Assembly (NCBI GenBank): GCA_963812135.1
Contig: CAWETU010000001.1
Span: forward strand, 352,001 to 416,000
DNA: 64,000 bases
Origin: Vulcanimicrobiota bacterium
GTDB taxonomy: Bacteria > Vulcanimicrobiota > Vulcanimicrobiia > Eremiobacterales > Eremiobacteraceae
Direction: 5' to 3'
The notes beneath the pieces are model-generated. The model searched no databases, was not told where the DNA came from, and was given only the letters and a program-made list of their open reading frames with translations. The position numbers and the translations under genes are program-made. This document shows positions 18,326 through 28,049 of this stretch, in pieces. The stretch's first letter is position 1. Each line of letters starts with the position of its first letter.

Positions 18326-20112
18326 CATCTGCCGACCAGAAAAATAGATACGTCACGTGCGGCGAGCTCGGCGCGAGCGACGCTGGTGCGCGCGTCGCCG
18401 TCCGCGGCTGGGTGAACAGCACGCGCGATCACGGCGGGCTGATCTTCGTCGACGTCCGCGACCGCTACGGCATCACGCAGGTCGTCTTCGATCCGCGGAC
18501 GACTGAACAACCGTCGTACGAAGCCGCAGGCCACCTGCGCTCCGAGGACGTCATCATGGCCGCCGGCACCGTCCGGCGCCGGCCCGCCGGCACCGAGAAC
18601 GCGAACCTCAAGACGGGTGAGATCGAAGTCGCGGTCGATCAGCTCACGGTCCTCAACAAGTCGAAGACGCCGCCGTTCCCCTTGCACGGCGATGAGAACG
18701 TCGACGAAAGCTTGCGCATGAAGTACCGCTACATCGACCTGCGCCGGCCGGCGATGCAGCACAACATCGCGCTTCGCCATCGCGCGGTCAAAGCGGTGCG
18801 CGATTATCTCGATACGCAAGGCTACCTCGAGATCGAGACGCCGATGCTCATCAAGCAGACGCCCGAGGGCGCGCGCGACTTCCTCGTGCCGAGCCGCCTG
18901 CACCCCGGCGAGTTCTACGCGCTGCCGCAGTCGCCGCAGCTGTTCAAGCAGCTGCTGATGGTCGGCGGTTTTCACCGCTATTTCCAGATCGCGCGCTGCT
19001 TCCGCGACGAAGACTCTCGCGCCGACCGCCAACCGGAGTTCTCGCAGATCGACATCGAGCTGACGTTCCCGAGCCAAGAAGACGTCATCGCGGTGATCGA
19101 GGGGACGCTCGCGGCCATGTTCTCGCACGCGCTCGGCGTCGACGTGAAGCCGCCGTTTCGCCGCCTGACGTTCGAAGAGGCGATGGCCACATACGGCTCG
19201 GACAAACCCGACCTTCGGTTCGAGATGCGGCTGCACGACTTCGCGCCGGCGTTCGCAGGCACGGAGTTCAAGATCTTCGCGTCGGCGCTCGCCGCCGGCA
19301 AAGCGGTCGTGGGTCTCGTGGATCGCGGCGGCGCGAGCCGCTCGCGGCGCGAGTTCGACGCGCTCGCGGAACTCGCGGCGAGCGAATGGGGCGCCAAAGG
19401 ACTCGCATGGCTCGCGTTCGGCGCCGACGGCGTGAAGACGTCGCTGCCCAAGGCGGCGCTTACCGACCCGACACTCGCCAAGATCCGCGAGGCCGGCGCA
19501 GCCGACGGCGACGCAGTGTTCTTTGTCGCCGACGAGCGCCGGACGGCCCAGACGATCGCGGGCAAACTGCGTTTACATCTGGGAACGCAGCGCGATCTGC
19601 GCGATCCAAAGCGCTTCGAGTTCTGCTGGGTGCTGGATTTCCCGCTGTTCGAGAAAGATCCCGAGACGGGCGCGACCATGCCGATGCACCATCCGTTCAC
19701 CGCGCCCGCGCCCGGCCAGAACCTGCTCACGGACGATCCGCTCACGCTGCGCGCGCAGCACTACGACGTCGTGCTCAACGGATCCGAGCTCGGCAGCGGC
19801 TCGATCCGCATCCACGATCCGCGCGAGCAGCGCAAGGTGTTCGAGATGCTCGGTTATTCCGAAGAGGAAGTGGCGCACCGATTCGGATTCCTGCTCGAGG
19901 CGTTCGAATACGGCGCGCCGCCGCACGGCGGCATGGCGCTCGGCATCGACCGCATCATCGCGCTCATGGTTGGCGCCGAGTCCATCCGCGAAGTCATCGC
20001 CTTCCCGAAGAACCAGAAGTTCCAAGACTTGATGATCGACGCCCCGTCGACCGTCGAGCCGAAGCTGCTGCGCGACTTGCGCCTCAAGCTCGACCAGCCG
20101 CCGCAACGATGA
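18322..20112 (+). CDS. aspS: Aspartate--tRNA ligase (probably non-discriminating)
   Basis: RDHGGLIFVD, TPEGARDF, LPQSPQLFKQ, YGSDKPDLR, PPHGG, IREVIAFPK. TTG start overlaps the upstream TGA. Confidence 0.97.
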   Translation: MTSADQKNRYVTCGELGASDAGARVAVRGWVNSTRDHGGLIFVDVRDRYGITQVVFDPRTTEQPSYEAAGHLRSEDVIMAAGTVRRRPAGTENANLKTGEIEVAVDQLTVLNKSKTPPFPLHGDENVDESLRMKYRYIDLRRPAMQHNIALRHRAVKAVRDYLDTQGYLEIETPMLIKQTPEGARDFLVPSRLHPGEFYALPQSPQLFKQLLMVGGFHRYFQIARCFRDEDSRADRQPEFSQIDIELTFPSQEDVIAVIEGTLAAMFSHALGVDVKPPFRRLTFEEAMATYGSDKPDLRFEMRLHDFAPAFAGTEFKIFASALAAGKAVVGLVDRGGASRSRREFDALAELAASEWGAKGLAWLAFGADGVKTSLPKAALTDPTLAKIREAGAADGDAVFFVADERRTAQTIAGKLRLHLGTQRDLRDPKRFEFCWVLDFPLFEKDPETGATMPMHHPFTAPAPGQNLLTDDPLTLRAQHYDVVLNGSELGSGSIRIHDPREQRKVFEMLGYSEEEVAHRFGFLLEAFEYGAPPHGGMALGIDRIIALMVGAESIREVIAFPKNQKFQDLMIDAPSTVEPKLLRDLRLKLDQPPQR

Positions 20113-20122
20113 GGAGCCGACC

Positions 20123-20995
20123 GTGACCATCACGCTCGTCCGTGAACCCGATGCCGTCGACGAACGGGTGCGCGAAGCGTATCGCGACATCAAAGCGTCG
20201 TTACGCGTGCCGGTCGTCAGCAGCCTGTTCCAGGCATACGCGGCCGTGCCGCGTTTCTTGGACTACACGTGGCGTCGGCTGCGTCCCAATGTGCTCGCCA
20301 AGCCGTTCGTCGATCACGCGCGTGCCATCGGCGAGCACGCCGAGCGTTCCGCAGCGACGTGGTCCATCGGCGATCATGCAGCGGAGCTGCGCGCGCGCAA
20401 CGTCGGCGAAGGCGACATCGTGCGCATGCGCGAGATCGCCGCGCTGCTGGTCGACGTCGATCCCAAGCTGCTCGTCATCGCGCACGCGGTGCGCATGGCG
20501 ATGAGCGGCGTGCAGGTCGGCGGCGCCGGCACGGGCACGCATCAGTTCAGCGGCGACGAGGATCGTCTGGCGCGCGACTATCGCGGGCTGACCATCGCGA
20601 TCATCGAAGAGCGCGACGCGCCGCTGCGCGTGCGCACCGTGTACGAAGAGATCAAGTCGGCGACCGGCGCGCCGTTCGTCAACAGCGACTACCGCGCGAT
20701 GGCGGCATACCCCGACTGGCTCGAGCTATGGTGGCGCGACGTGAAAGCCGCGATCCACACGCCGCGCTTCGCGACGATGTGCCGCGAAGTCGACGACGCG
20801 GCCATCGAAGCCGCACGCCATCTCCCCTACGCGCTGAATCTGCGCGAGGAGTCGCTCGCGCGCGTCGAAGTCAGCGCCGACGAACGCGCGCGCATCACGC
20901 GCGCCAACGAAGCGTTCTGCCAGATGCTGCCGGCCATCGTCGTGGGTACCGCGCTCGCGCACCGTGGGTTGAACCTCCCCGAATCGCGAGCGTAA
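20123..20995 (+). CDS. DehI-family (group I alpha-haloacid dehalogenase-like) protein
   Basis: Two homologous halves (VREAYRDIK..L.VP.V...FQAYA..P.FL...W and VYEEIK...GAPFVNSDYRAMAAYPDWL...W), typical of DehI. Confidence 0.7.
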   Translation: MTITLVREPDAVDERVREAYRDIKASLRVPVVSSLFQAYAAVPRFLDYTWRRLRPNVLAKPFVDHARAIGEHAERSAATWSIGDHAAELRARNVGEGDIVRMREIAALLVDVDPKLLVIAHAVRMAMSGVQVGGAGTGTHQFSGDEDRLARDYRGLTIAIIEERDAPLRVRTVYEEIKSATGAPFVNSDYRAMAAYPDWLELWWRDVKAAIHTPRFATMCREVDDAAIEAARHLPYALNLREESLARVEVSADERARITRANEAFCQMLPAIVVGTALAHRGLNLPESRA

Positions 20996-22396
20996 GTGGC
21001 GCAGCGCGTCGCACGCGACCCGGCGCGGTCCGTGTGGGCGGGCGTCGCGCTCTTCGCCCTCTGCATCAGCGCGCTCGCGACCGATCGCTACGTCACCTAC
21101 CACTACGGGGCGGACCTCGGACTGTTCACGCAGACCATCGCGGCGGCGTTCCACGGTTTTGGGAATCAGGTCGAGCACGGCAGCCATTTCATCGTCCACT
21201 TCTCGCCGATCTACTATCTCGTCGCGTTGCCGTTCGCCGCTGCGCGCTCGCCCCTGACGCTGCAGGTGTTTCAGGCGATCAGCTGCGCGTTGGTCGCGCC
21301 ACCGCTCTACCTGTTCGCGCGCAAGCGCACGGACGCGAGGCTGGCTGCGTTGATCGCATGCACTGCGCTGCTCTATCCGCCGCTCGTGGGCATGTCGCTG
21401 AGCGAGTTCCATGAGAACGCGTTCGCGCCGGCGGCGATCGCGTGGTTGATCTGGGCGGTCGACGAACGCCGCTGGTCCCTGGCAGCGCTGTTCGCGGCGC
21501 TCGCGTTGAGCATCAAAGAGGACGAGGCGGTCATCCTCTGCACCCTCGGCGCGGCGTTCGCCGTGTGGAGCCTGCTCCGGCGCGACCGCGCGGGTGCGCT
21601 ATTCGGCGCGTCGGTGGCGCTCGCCGCGGTGGCGGTGCTCGCGCTGTACTTCGGATTCATCCAACCGCATGCCGGCGGCCGCTGGTTCATCTCCGATTTC
21701 TATCTCGCGCACACGAAGGATCTGCCGCACGGCGCGGTCGTCGTCACCGGCAGGCTCACGTTCTTGCTCGAGGTCTTCGGACCGCTGCTCTTCGTGCCGT
21801 TGATGTCGCGCTGGATCTGGCTCGCCGTGCCCGGGTTCATCGAAGTGCTCTCGTCTCGTTGGCCCGTCACCTATACCATGGGGACGCATTATGCCGGCGT
21901 GTGGATCCCGTACGTGTTGGTCGCGTTCGCCGCCGCAGTCGCGGCGCTGGGCGCGAACGACCTTGTGCGCGCGCGCAAAGTCGTCTGGGTCTGCATCGCG
22001 TTGTGCGTCCTCAATCTGGCGGTCGCAAGCCCGACGCATTGGGCGCACTACTATCGCTTGCGCAACGCGCATGACGCCGCGCTCGATCGGATGATCGCGA
22101 CGATTCCCGCCGACGCGGACGTCGGGTCCTATGACGAGGCCTTCACCCACATGTCGCTCGATCCCAACGCGCGCATCGGCATGTATATCACGCCCGATTA
22201 TTTCCTCTACGACCGGCAGTTCGACAGCATGGCGTGGCGCCGCTATATCGTGCCGCGTCTGGCCGCTGTCGTCTGCACCGGTTACTTCGTGCCGATCCGC
22301 GAGGACGATGGCCTGGTGCTCTACCAACGCGTCAAGGATGTGCCGGACGAGGTCTACGCGCGAGCACGCCGCGTCCTCCCGACGTGCAAGATGTAG
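20996..22396 (+). CDS. DUF2079 membrane protein (GT-C-like)
   Basis: DLGLFTQ, HFSPI, EFHENAF, IKEDEA; many TM helices. Confidence 0.8.
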   Translation: MAQRVARDPARSVWAGVALFALCISALATDRYVTYHYGADLGLFTQTIAAAFHGFGNQVEHGSHFIVHFSPIYYLVALPFAAARSPLTLQVFQAISCALVAPPLYLFARKRTDARLAALIACTALLYPPLVGMSLSEFHENAFAPAAIAWLIWAVDERRWSLAALFAALALSIKEDEAVILCTLGAAFAVWSLLRRDRAGALFGASVALAAVAVLALYFGFIQPHAGGRWFISDFYLAHTKDLPHGAVVVTGRLTFLLEVFGPLLFVPLMSRWIWLAVPGFIEVLSSRWPVTYTMGTHYAGVWIPYVLVAFAAAVAALGANDLVRARKVVWVCIALCVLNLAVASPTHWAHYYRLRNAHDAALDRMIATIPADADVGSYDEAFTHMSLDPNARIGMYITPDYFLYDRQFDSMAWRRYIVPRLAAVVCTGYFVPIREDDGLVLYQRVKDVPDEVYARARRVLPTCKM

Positions 22397-23257
22397 CTAC
22401 ATCTGGATCGCTTCGGTCGAGCGGCTTTCGATGAAGAGCATGTCGGCCGATGATTTCGGGAAGTCGAAATTCGTGAACGAATAGCTGATGCCGTCGTAGC
22501 GCGTCGCGCCCGGCAGGGGCACGTACGGGTCGACGGCCGGTGCGTAACCGCCGAGCACCAGCGACGCTGAGGTCGATTCGCTATCGATGACCCAGTGGCC
22601 GTGATTCATCGTGTACGTGACAATCCAGGCCACGGTCGTCGCTTGGCCGGAACGGAAAGCGCCGTCGCTCACGAGCTTGACGACCTCAAAGGTCTTCGCA
22701 TCGACCCACAGCTCGCGCAGCCGATACACTTTCGGATCGAGCAGCGGCGTCAGCTCGAGCAGATACGTGCGGCGATTATGCAGTGTCTCCACGTCGAGCG
22801 ACGCGACGTCGTAGGCGCGCTGCGCCGACGTGGCGGGCGCGAGCTTCGACAGCCCGAAATCGTAGATCGGCGAGATCTGCGGCACGCCGAACGGCTCGTC
22901 GATGTTCGGGCTGTCGTGGACGGCCAGTCCTTTGACTTTCAGCGTGAACTTGTAGGGATTGTCGGGCGGGTTGGTCGAGCTCAGCGGCTTCGAGTCGGTG
23001 GCGACGCGATCGTCGCGCGCGCGGCACCTCGACTGGAACTGCTCGATGAGCCAGCGCCCCTTTGCCTGCGTCCGCACCGTGACGACGAAGGAGATGAACG
23101 CCGGGTAGCTCTGCGCGCGCGCGAAGGCGAGCGCGCGATCGAAGATCTCGTCGGCGCTCGGATCGGATGCGGCGCGCGCCTGACCGGCGAGCGCGAACTG
23201 CAGCGCCGCACCGAAGGCGATTGCGGCGACGCGCAGATGCAGTGCCCGGCTTGCCAT
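22397..23257 (-). CDS. Secreted hypothetical protein, possible LolA-like fold
   Basis: Signal peptide ending AQARA-type; TYLLELTP...LRELWVDAKTF segment. Confidence 0.55.
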   Translation of the reverse strand: MASRALHLRVAAIAFGAALQFALAGQARAASDPSADEIFDRALAFARAQSYPAFISFVVTVRTQAKGRWLIEQFQSRCRARDDRVATDSKPLSSTNPPDNPYKFTLKVKGLAVHDSPNIDEPFGVPQISPIYDFGLSKLAPATSAQRAYDVASLDVETLHNRRTYLLELTPLLDPKVYRLRELWVDAKTFEVVKLVSDGAFRSGQATTVAWIVTYTMNHGHWVIDSESTSASLVLGGYAPAVDPYVPLPGATRYDGISYSFTNFDFPKSSADMLFIESRSTEAIQM

Positions 23258-23263
23258 AGTTCC

Positions 23264-24337
23264 TTAGCGCAGCGATCTGATGATATCGGGCGGGGCGATG
23301 ATGTACACCGTGCCGTTGGAGCCGCCCTGCCACACGCGTTCGAACTGTGCGCGCGGGTACACCCGCCGGATGGCGCCGGGTTCGGCGTACGGATCGTTCA
23401 CGATGACGTCGCCCGCCGCGTTGAAACCCCTGATGACAAGCAGGTGCCCTTCGGTCTTCGGATACGGCGTGCCATCGAGCTCGCCGGGTTTGACGGCGAT
23501 GCTCGCGATCACGGGCACCCCCCGTTTCACCAACAGCTCGACATCGGTCAGCGACGGCAGCTGGCGCACGAAGCCGGCAAGACCATGTTCGGACGCGTAC
23601 GCGACGTTGAACGGCCAGTTGCCGCAGCCGTCGTACACCGGATCGTAGACGCCGTCGGCGACGGTCGCGACGTCGACATCCCATTGCGGGTTGTTGGTGG
23701 CGCGCGCCCAGTACGCCATCACCATCGAGACGCTCGTCGGACTGCACCACGAGTCGCCGCCGCCGCCTTTCGCGTCGGGCGACGTCGGAATGCGCTGCGT
23801 GCGCTCGGGGACGTCGAGTTCGGCGACCGCGCCGGCGCGCGAGCGCTCGGCGTTCCCGCCATCGGGCGCGAGCGACGTCGCGATCGCGAATAGGTGCAGC
23901 GCGGGCAGCGAACCGGCTGTGCCGGCCAACGGCGCAGCGTGCAGTTCGAACGCGTCCGCGGTCGCATTGAGCGTGAGCGTGTCGGTGTCGACCTGTCCGT
24001 CCGCGTCTTTTTGGCCATCGACGGAGTGGCGCTTGCCCGCGTTGTCGGCGCTCCACACGCCCATCTGGTACCATCGTGTCCAGCGGCCGTCGACCCGCGC
24101 GCGCAGGCGGACGTCGACACCCGAACCGCCGGGCGTCTGCACGTTCCACGACACGACCGCGGTCTTGAAACCACCGGGCACGTCCATCTCGCGTTGCACG
24201 ACGCCAATGTCGGAGCCGACGTCGACGAAGGCGACGCGGTCATTCACGTTCGGCGCAGCGCTTGCGCCGCTCGCGAGACCCGCGCCGGCGAGCATGCCGA
24301 GCGCGGCGAGCAGAAGCGCATGTCTTAGATTTCCCAT
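23264..24337 (-). CDS. Secreted peptidase C39-like protein
   Basis: Signal peptide. Catalytic-type motifs WCSPTSVSMV, EGHLLV, IVNDP; GNWPFN. Confidence 0.85.
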   Translation of the reverse strand: MGNLRHALLLAALGMLAGAGLASGASAAPNVNDRVAFVDVGSDIGVVQREMDVPGGFKTAVVSWNVQTPGGSGVDVRLRARVDGRWTRWYQMGVWSADNAGKRHSVDGQKDADGQVDTDTLTLNATADAFELHAAPLAGTAGSLPALHLFAIATSLAPDGGNAERSRAGAVAELDVPERTQRIPTSPDAKGGGGDSWCSPTSVSMVMAYWARATNNPQWDVDVATVADGVYDPVYDGCGNWPFNVAYASEHGLAGFVRQLPSLTDVELLVKRGVPVIASIAVKPGELDGTPYPKTEGHLLVIRGFNAAGDVIVNDPYAEPGAIRRVYPRAQFERVWQGGSNGTVYIIAPPDIIRSLR

Positions 24338-25953
24338 TCCCAGCAGTTCCAGAAATCCGTCACGACCGGCGAGATCTTGAAGTTGCGCAGATCCGAGTTC
24401 GCCGCGACGACGTTCTTATCCCAATAGACGATGACCGCCGGCACGTCGTCGAGCATGAGCGACCAAGCGAGCTCATAGTCGCGGCGCCGGACCGCTTGGT
24501 CGGCCTGGCGCTCCGCGTCGAGCAACAGCGCGTCGACGCGCGGATTGCAATAGAAATCGGTGTTCGCGCCGCTGCGCGGGAAATAGTCGCAGCCCCACGA
24601 GCCGAGATTGTCCGGGTCGACGCCTTCGGTGTTCACGATCCATGCCATGTCGTACGTGCCGCCGTAGAGCGGGCCGTGTTCTGCGAAAAGCAGCGCGCCG
24701 GCGTAGTTCTTCACGGAGAGCTCCACGCCGATGGCCTTGAGCTGCTCGACGATCATCGCTTCGCTCGACTCCGCCGCCTGATTGCCCGCGGCGCTTGAGA
24801 TCGTCAGCGAAAGGCGCGTGCCCGCTTTTTCGCGCACGCCGCCCGGACCGAGCCGCCAGCCGTCGGCATCGAGGAGGCGGCGCGCCGCCGCGGGATCGTA
24901 GGGGATCGGCGGCAGCCGGTTCGCCGCCCATGAGAACGGCGGGATATCCGTCGACGCGCGCGCGCCGAAGCCGCCGTAGATCGTGTTGATGATGCGCTCG
25001 TAGTCGATGCCGCGCGCGACCGCGCGACGCACCGCGGCGTCGGCGAGGATCGGATTCTTCAGATTGAAATCGAGATGCCGGTACGCAGCGATCAGCGCGG
25101 TCGAGACGCGGATGCCGTCCACGCCTATGAGCTCGCGCACGTGGGCCTTCGGCACGCCGTCGATGACGTCGAGTTCGTGGGTGAGCAGCAGCTGGATCGA
25201 CGTGTTCGTGTTGGGGACGATCTTGATGCGCACTTCGTCGAGCCGCGGACGGCCGCGCCAATAGAGCGGGTTGGCGGCGAAGACGAGTTCGGAACCGTGT
25301 TCCCAATGTTTGAGGACGAACGGGCCATCGCCGATCGGGGACGCGTTGAACGGGATGTTGTTGAGCGTCGCGTACCCCGCGAGCAGATGCTTGGGGAGCG
25401 GCGGAAAATCGCCTTCGGAGAAAAGATAGACGGCCGGGCTGAACGGCTCGCGCAGCACCATGGTGACTTGGTGAGGATTGTCGGCGACGATGGTCTTGAT
25501 CTTGTCGAAGCCCGCCGTGCGCACGACGGGGTTCTTGCCGTCGACGATCGCGTGCCATGTGAAGATGACGTCGTCAGCGGTCACGGGCGCGCCGTCCGAC
25601 CAGCGCGCGGTGGGGCGCAGCTTGAACGTGATGCGCAGGCCGTCTTTGCTGATCAATCCGTTGGCCACGCTGGGGAAGACGGTGGCGAGCGAGGGCACGG
25701 GATGCTCTCGTTCATCGAAACGGAAGAACGGTTCGAACAGCAGCATGGTGACGTCGTCCGCCGACGCCTGATTAGAGAACATACGGATGAGCGTGTTCGG
25801 CTCTTCTTGTTCCGCGAAGCGCACGATGCCGTGGTGCGTCCAAGGATTGCCTGCATTTGTCGTAGCGGCCGAATTTGTTCGGCCGTGCGTGATGCTGCAT
25901 GCGCCCACGAACAGCGCGAGCACGACGGCAAGCGCGATTCGACCGACAGTCAC
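24325..25953 (-). CDS. Peptide ABC transporter substrate-binding lipoprotein (family 5)
   Basis: Lipobox FVGAC, WSDGAPVTADDVIFT, PIGDGPF, VRRA...ID. GTG 25953 overlaps the upstream TGA. Confidence 0.9.
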   Translation of the reverse strand: MTVGRIALAVVLALFVGACSITHGRTNSAATTNAGNPWTHHGIVRFAEQEEPNTLIRMFSNQASADDVTMLLFEPFFRFDEREHPVPSLATVFPSVANGLISKDGLRITFKLRPTARWSDGAPVTADDVIFTWHAIVDGKNPVVRTAGFDKIKTIVADNPHQVTMVLREPFSPAVYLFSEGDFPPLPKHLLAGYATLNNIPFNASPIGDGPFVLKHWEHGSELVFAANPLYWRGRPRLDEVRIKIVPNTNTSIQLLLTHELDVIDGVPKAHVRELIGVDGIRVSTALIAAYRHLDFNLKNPILADAAVRRAVARGIDYERIINTIYGGFGARASTDIPPFSWAANRLPPIPYDPAAARRLLDADGWRLGPGGVREKAGTRLSLTISSAAGNQAAESSEAMIVEQLKAIGVELSVKNYAGALLFAEHGPLYGGTYDMAWIVNTEGVDPDNLGSWGCDYFPRSGANTDFYCNPRVDALLLDAERQADQAVRRRDYELAWSLMLDDVPAVIVYWDKNVVAANSDLRNFKISPVVTDFWNCWEWEI

Positions 25954-27026
25954 TTGGCAGCGACGCGCGCGTGCCACTTCGGCGTCTGCTGCGCCGCGTC
26001 ACGCAACGCGCTCCACAGCCGCGCGCCACCGAAACGCACGACGTCATCCGCGGGAAGGCCGGCGCTTGCCTCTGCTTCGGCGATGGCTGCGCGGGCGTGC
26101 GCGTCATCCAGGCTCGACGTGTTCACCGCGACTGCGACGCAGCGCGCCGGCTTGATCGGGGCGAGCAGCGTCTCGTGCGCGCGGATCATCTCCGCCAACG
26201 GAGGCAGCGTGACGCCGTATTCCTCGATCGAGACGCGATCGGTATCGATGCACATCACGAGCAGATCGGGGGCGCATCCGTAGAGCAACCCAAGCGTCAC
26301 GGGCGCGTAGGCAGGATGCCAGAGACTTCCCTGGCCTTCGACGAGCGCGACATCGGCATCCGGCGCGACGCCCAGCACGAGCTGCTCGGCCGCGCCGGTG
26401 ATGAAATCGGAGATGACGCGGTCGACGACGATGCCTTTGCCGGCGATCAGCGTACCCGTCTGTCCGGTGGCGACGAATTCCGTCTTGTCGCCGGCCGCGC
26501 GCGCCGCGCGGTCGAGCTCGATCATCACCGACTTTTTGCCGACCGCGCAATCGCTGCCGACGGCGAGAGCGACCACTTGCGGCACGCGATACGCTGCGCC
26601 GGAGAACAACGGGATGTCCGCGGGCGGCACGCGCACATCCCAGAGGCGCGCGCCAGACGCGCGTGCGCGCGCGGCGAACTCAGGATCGTCGGCCAACAGT
26701 TGGTGCAATCCGCTCACGATCTCCAGGCCGGCGTCGATCGCGTCGACGATCTGCGGTCGAAAAGACTCTGGGATGAAGCCGCCCTGGTTCGCGACGCCGA
26801 GCAAAAGCGACGTGGGCCGCAGCGCCAGCGCTTCACGCAGCGACGCGACGATCGGCGCGGACCGGTGCAGGCGCGGCAATACGTCGCGCACGTCGCGGCC
26901 GGCGAACTCGGAATCGATGACAGCGGCGACCTCGTCGCGCCCGTATTGCATCACGCCGTGCGCGGTCTTCGCACGGCGGTCAGTGAGGTGGCCCTCTGTC
27001 AAGATCGCGTAACGGCGAGGCGGCAT
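25950..27026 (-). CDS. DUF1611 protein (DgcN-like D-glutamate N-acetyltransferase)
   Basis: AKTAHG, SGLH, GSDCAVGK, FVATGQTG, SDFITGA, VEGQGSL.HPAY. Confidence 0.88.
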   Translation of the reverse strand: MPPRRYAILTEGHLTDRRAKTAHGVMQYGRDEVAAVIDSEFAGRDVRDVLPRLHRSAPIVASLREALALRPTSLLLGVANQGGFIPESFRPQIVDAIDAGLEIVSGLHQLLADDPEFAARARASGARLWDVRVPPADIPLFSGAAYRVPQVVALAVGSDCAVGKKSVMIELDRAARAAGDKTEFVATGQTGTLIAGKGIVVDRVISDFITGAAEQLVLGVAPDADVALVEGQGSLWHPAYAPVTLGLLYGCAPDLLVMCIDTDRVSIEEYGVTLPPLAEMIRAHETLLAPIKPARCVAVAVNTSSLDDAHARAAIAEAEASAGLPADDVVRFGGARLWSALRDAAQQTPKWHARVAAK

Positions 27027-27035
27027 AATCGCGTG

Positions 27036-28049
27036 TTACGCCGCAGCCCGCGGACGGACCCCCAGACCGGGCGCGTCGGGCAGCTGCAACTGCGCGCCGT
27101 CGTACGTCACGCCGGTGAACGGATCGTCGGTGATGAGCAGCGGGCCGTCGATGTCGGCGTGGTCGGCGAGCGGCGTCAAATGCGCCGCCGCGGTCGACAA
27201 CACCGACGATTCGATCATGCAACCGATCATGACTTTCATGCCGCGCTCGCGCGCGGCGCGAATCATGCGTACGGCCGCGCGCATGCCGCCGCATTTCACG
27301 AGTTTGACGTTGATGCCGTCCACGCAGCCCGCAAGCCGGGGCACGTCGTCTTCGGTGACGGAGTCTTCGTCGGTGTAGATGGGCACGGGCGAGCGCTCGC
27401 GCACGTAACGCAAATGCTCGGGGTGCCCTGCGGGCACGGGCTGCTCGCAGAACTCGATGCCGAAACGCTCGAGCTCGCGTAGGCACGCGACCGCCTCTTC
27501 GGGCGTCCAGCCTTCGTTCGCATCGATGCGGATGGTGCCGTTGTAGATGCCGCGGATCGCTTCGAGCGTCTCGATCTCACGGCCGGCGCCGAGTTTGACT
27601 TTGAGGATCGGCATGTGGGCCGCTTCGCGAACCTTTGCGATCGTCTCGTCGATATCGGCGATGCCGATGGTGAACGAGGTTGGCTTCGCGTCGCGCGGGT
27701 CGAGCCCGAAGAGCGTGTACGCGGGCACTTCAAGCAGTTTGCCGGCGAAGTCGTGCAGCGCGAGATCGAGCGCGCACATCGCGCCCCGTTGGGTGGACGG
27801 CAGTTGCGCAAGGGTCGCGTCGACGTCGAGCAGTTTGGCGTCGTCGAGCACGACTGCTCGCAGCTGCGCTTCGATCAGCTCGACGTTCTCATCATAGCGG
27901 CTTGAAGGCGTCACCTCGCCCAGCGCTTCGATGCCGCGCGTGATGAGCCGAACGATGAGCGTCTGCGAGACGTCCTCGAAGCCACGTGCGATGGCGAAAC
28001 GATGGCGCAATCGCAATGCGAGCGGCTCGAGCTCCAGTCGCGTGGTTAT
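27036..28049 (-). CDS. Enolase-superfamily dipeptide epimerase (L-Ala-D/L-Glu epimerase / DgcA-like)
   Basis: FAIARG, LKVKLG, IRIDANEGW, EQP, DED, NVKLVKCGG, GCMIES, DIDG. Start appears to be ATA at 28049. Confidence 0.9.
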   Translation of the reverse strand: MTTRLELEPLALRLRHRFAIARGFEDVSQTLIVRLITRGIEALGEVTPSSRYDENVELIEAQLRAVVLDDAKLLDVDATLAQLPSTQRGAMCALDLALHDFAGKLLEVPAYTLFGLDPRDAKPTSFTIGIADIDETIAKVREAAHMPILKVKLGAGREIETLEAIRGIYNGTIRIDANEGWTPEEAVACLRELERFGIEFCEQPVPAGHPEHLRYVRERSPVPIYTDEDSVTEDDVPRLAGCVDGINVKLVKCGGMRAAVRMIRAARERGMKVMIGCMIESSVLSTAAAHLTPLADHADIDGPLLITDDPFTGVTYDGAQLQLPDAPGLGVRPRAAA

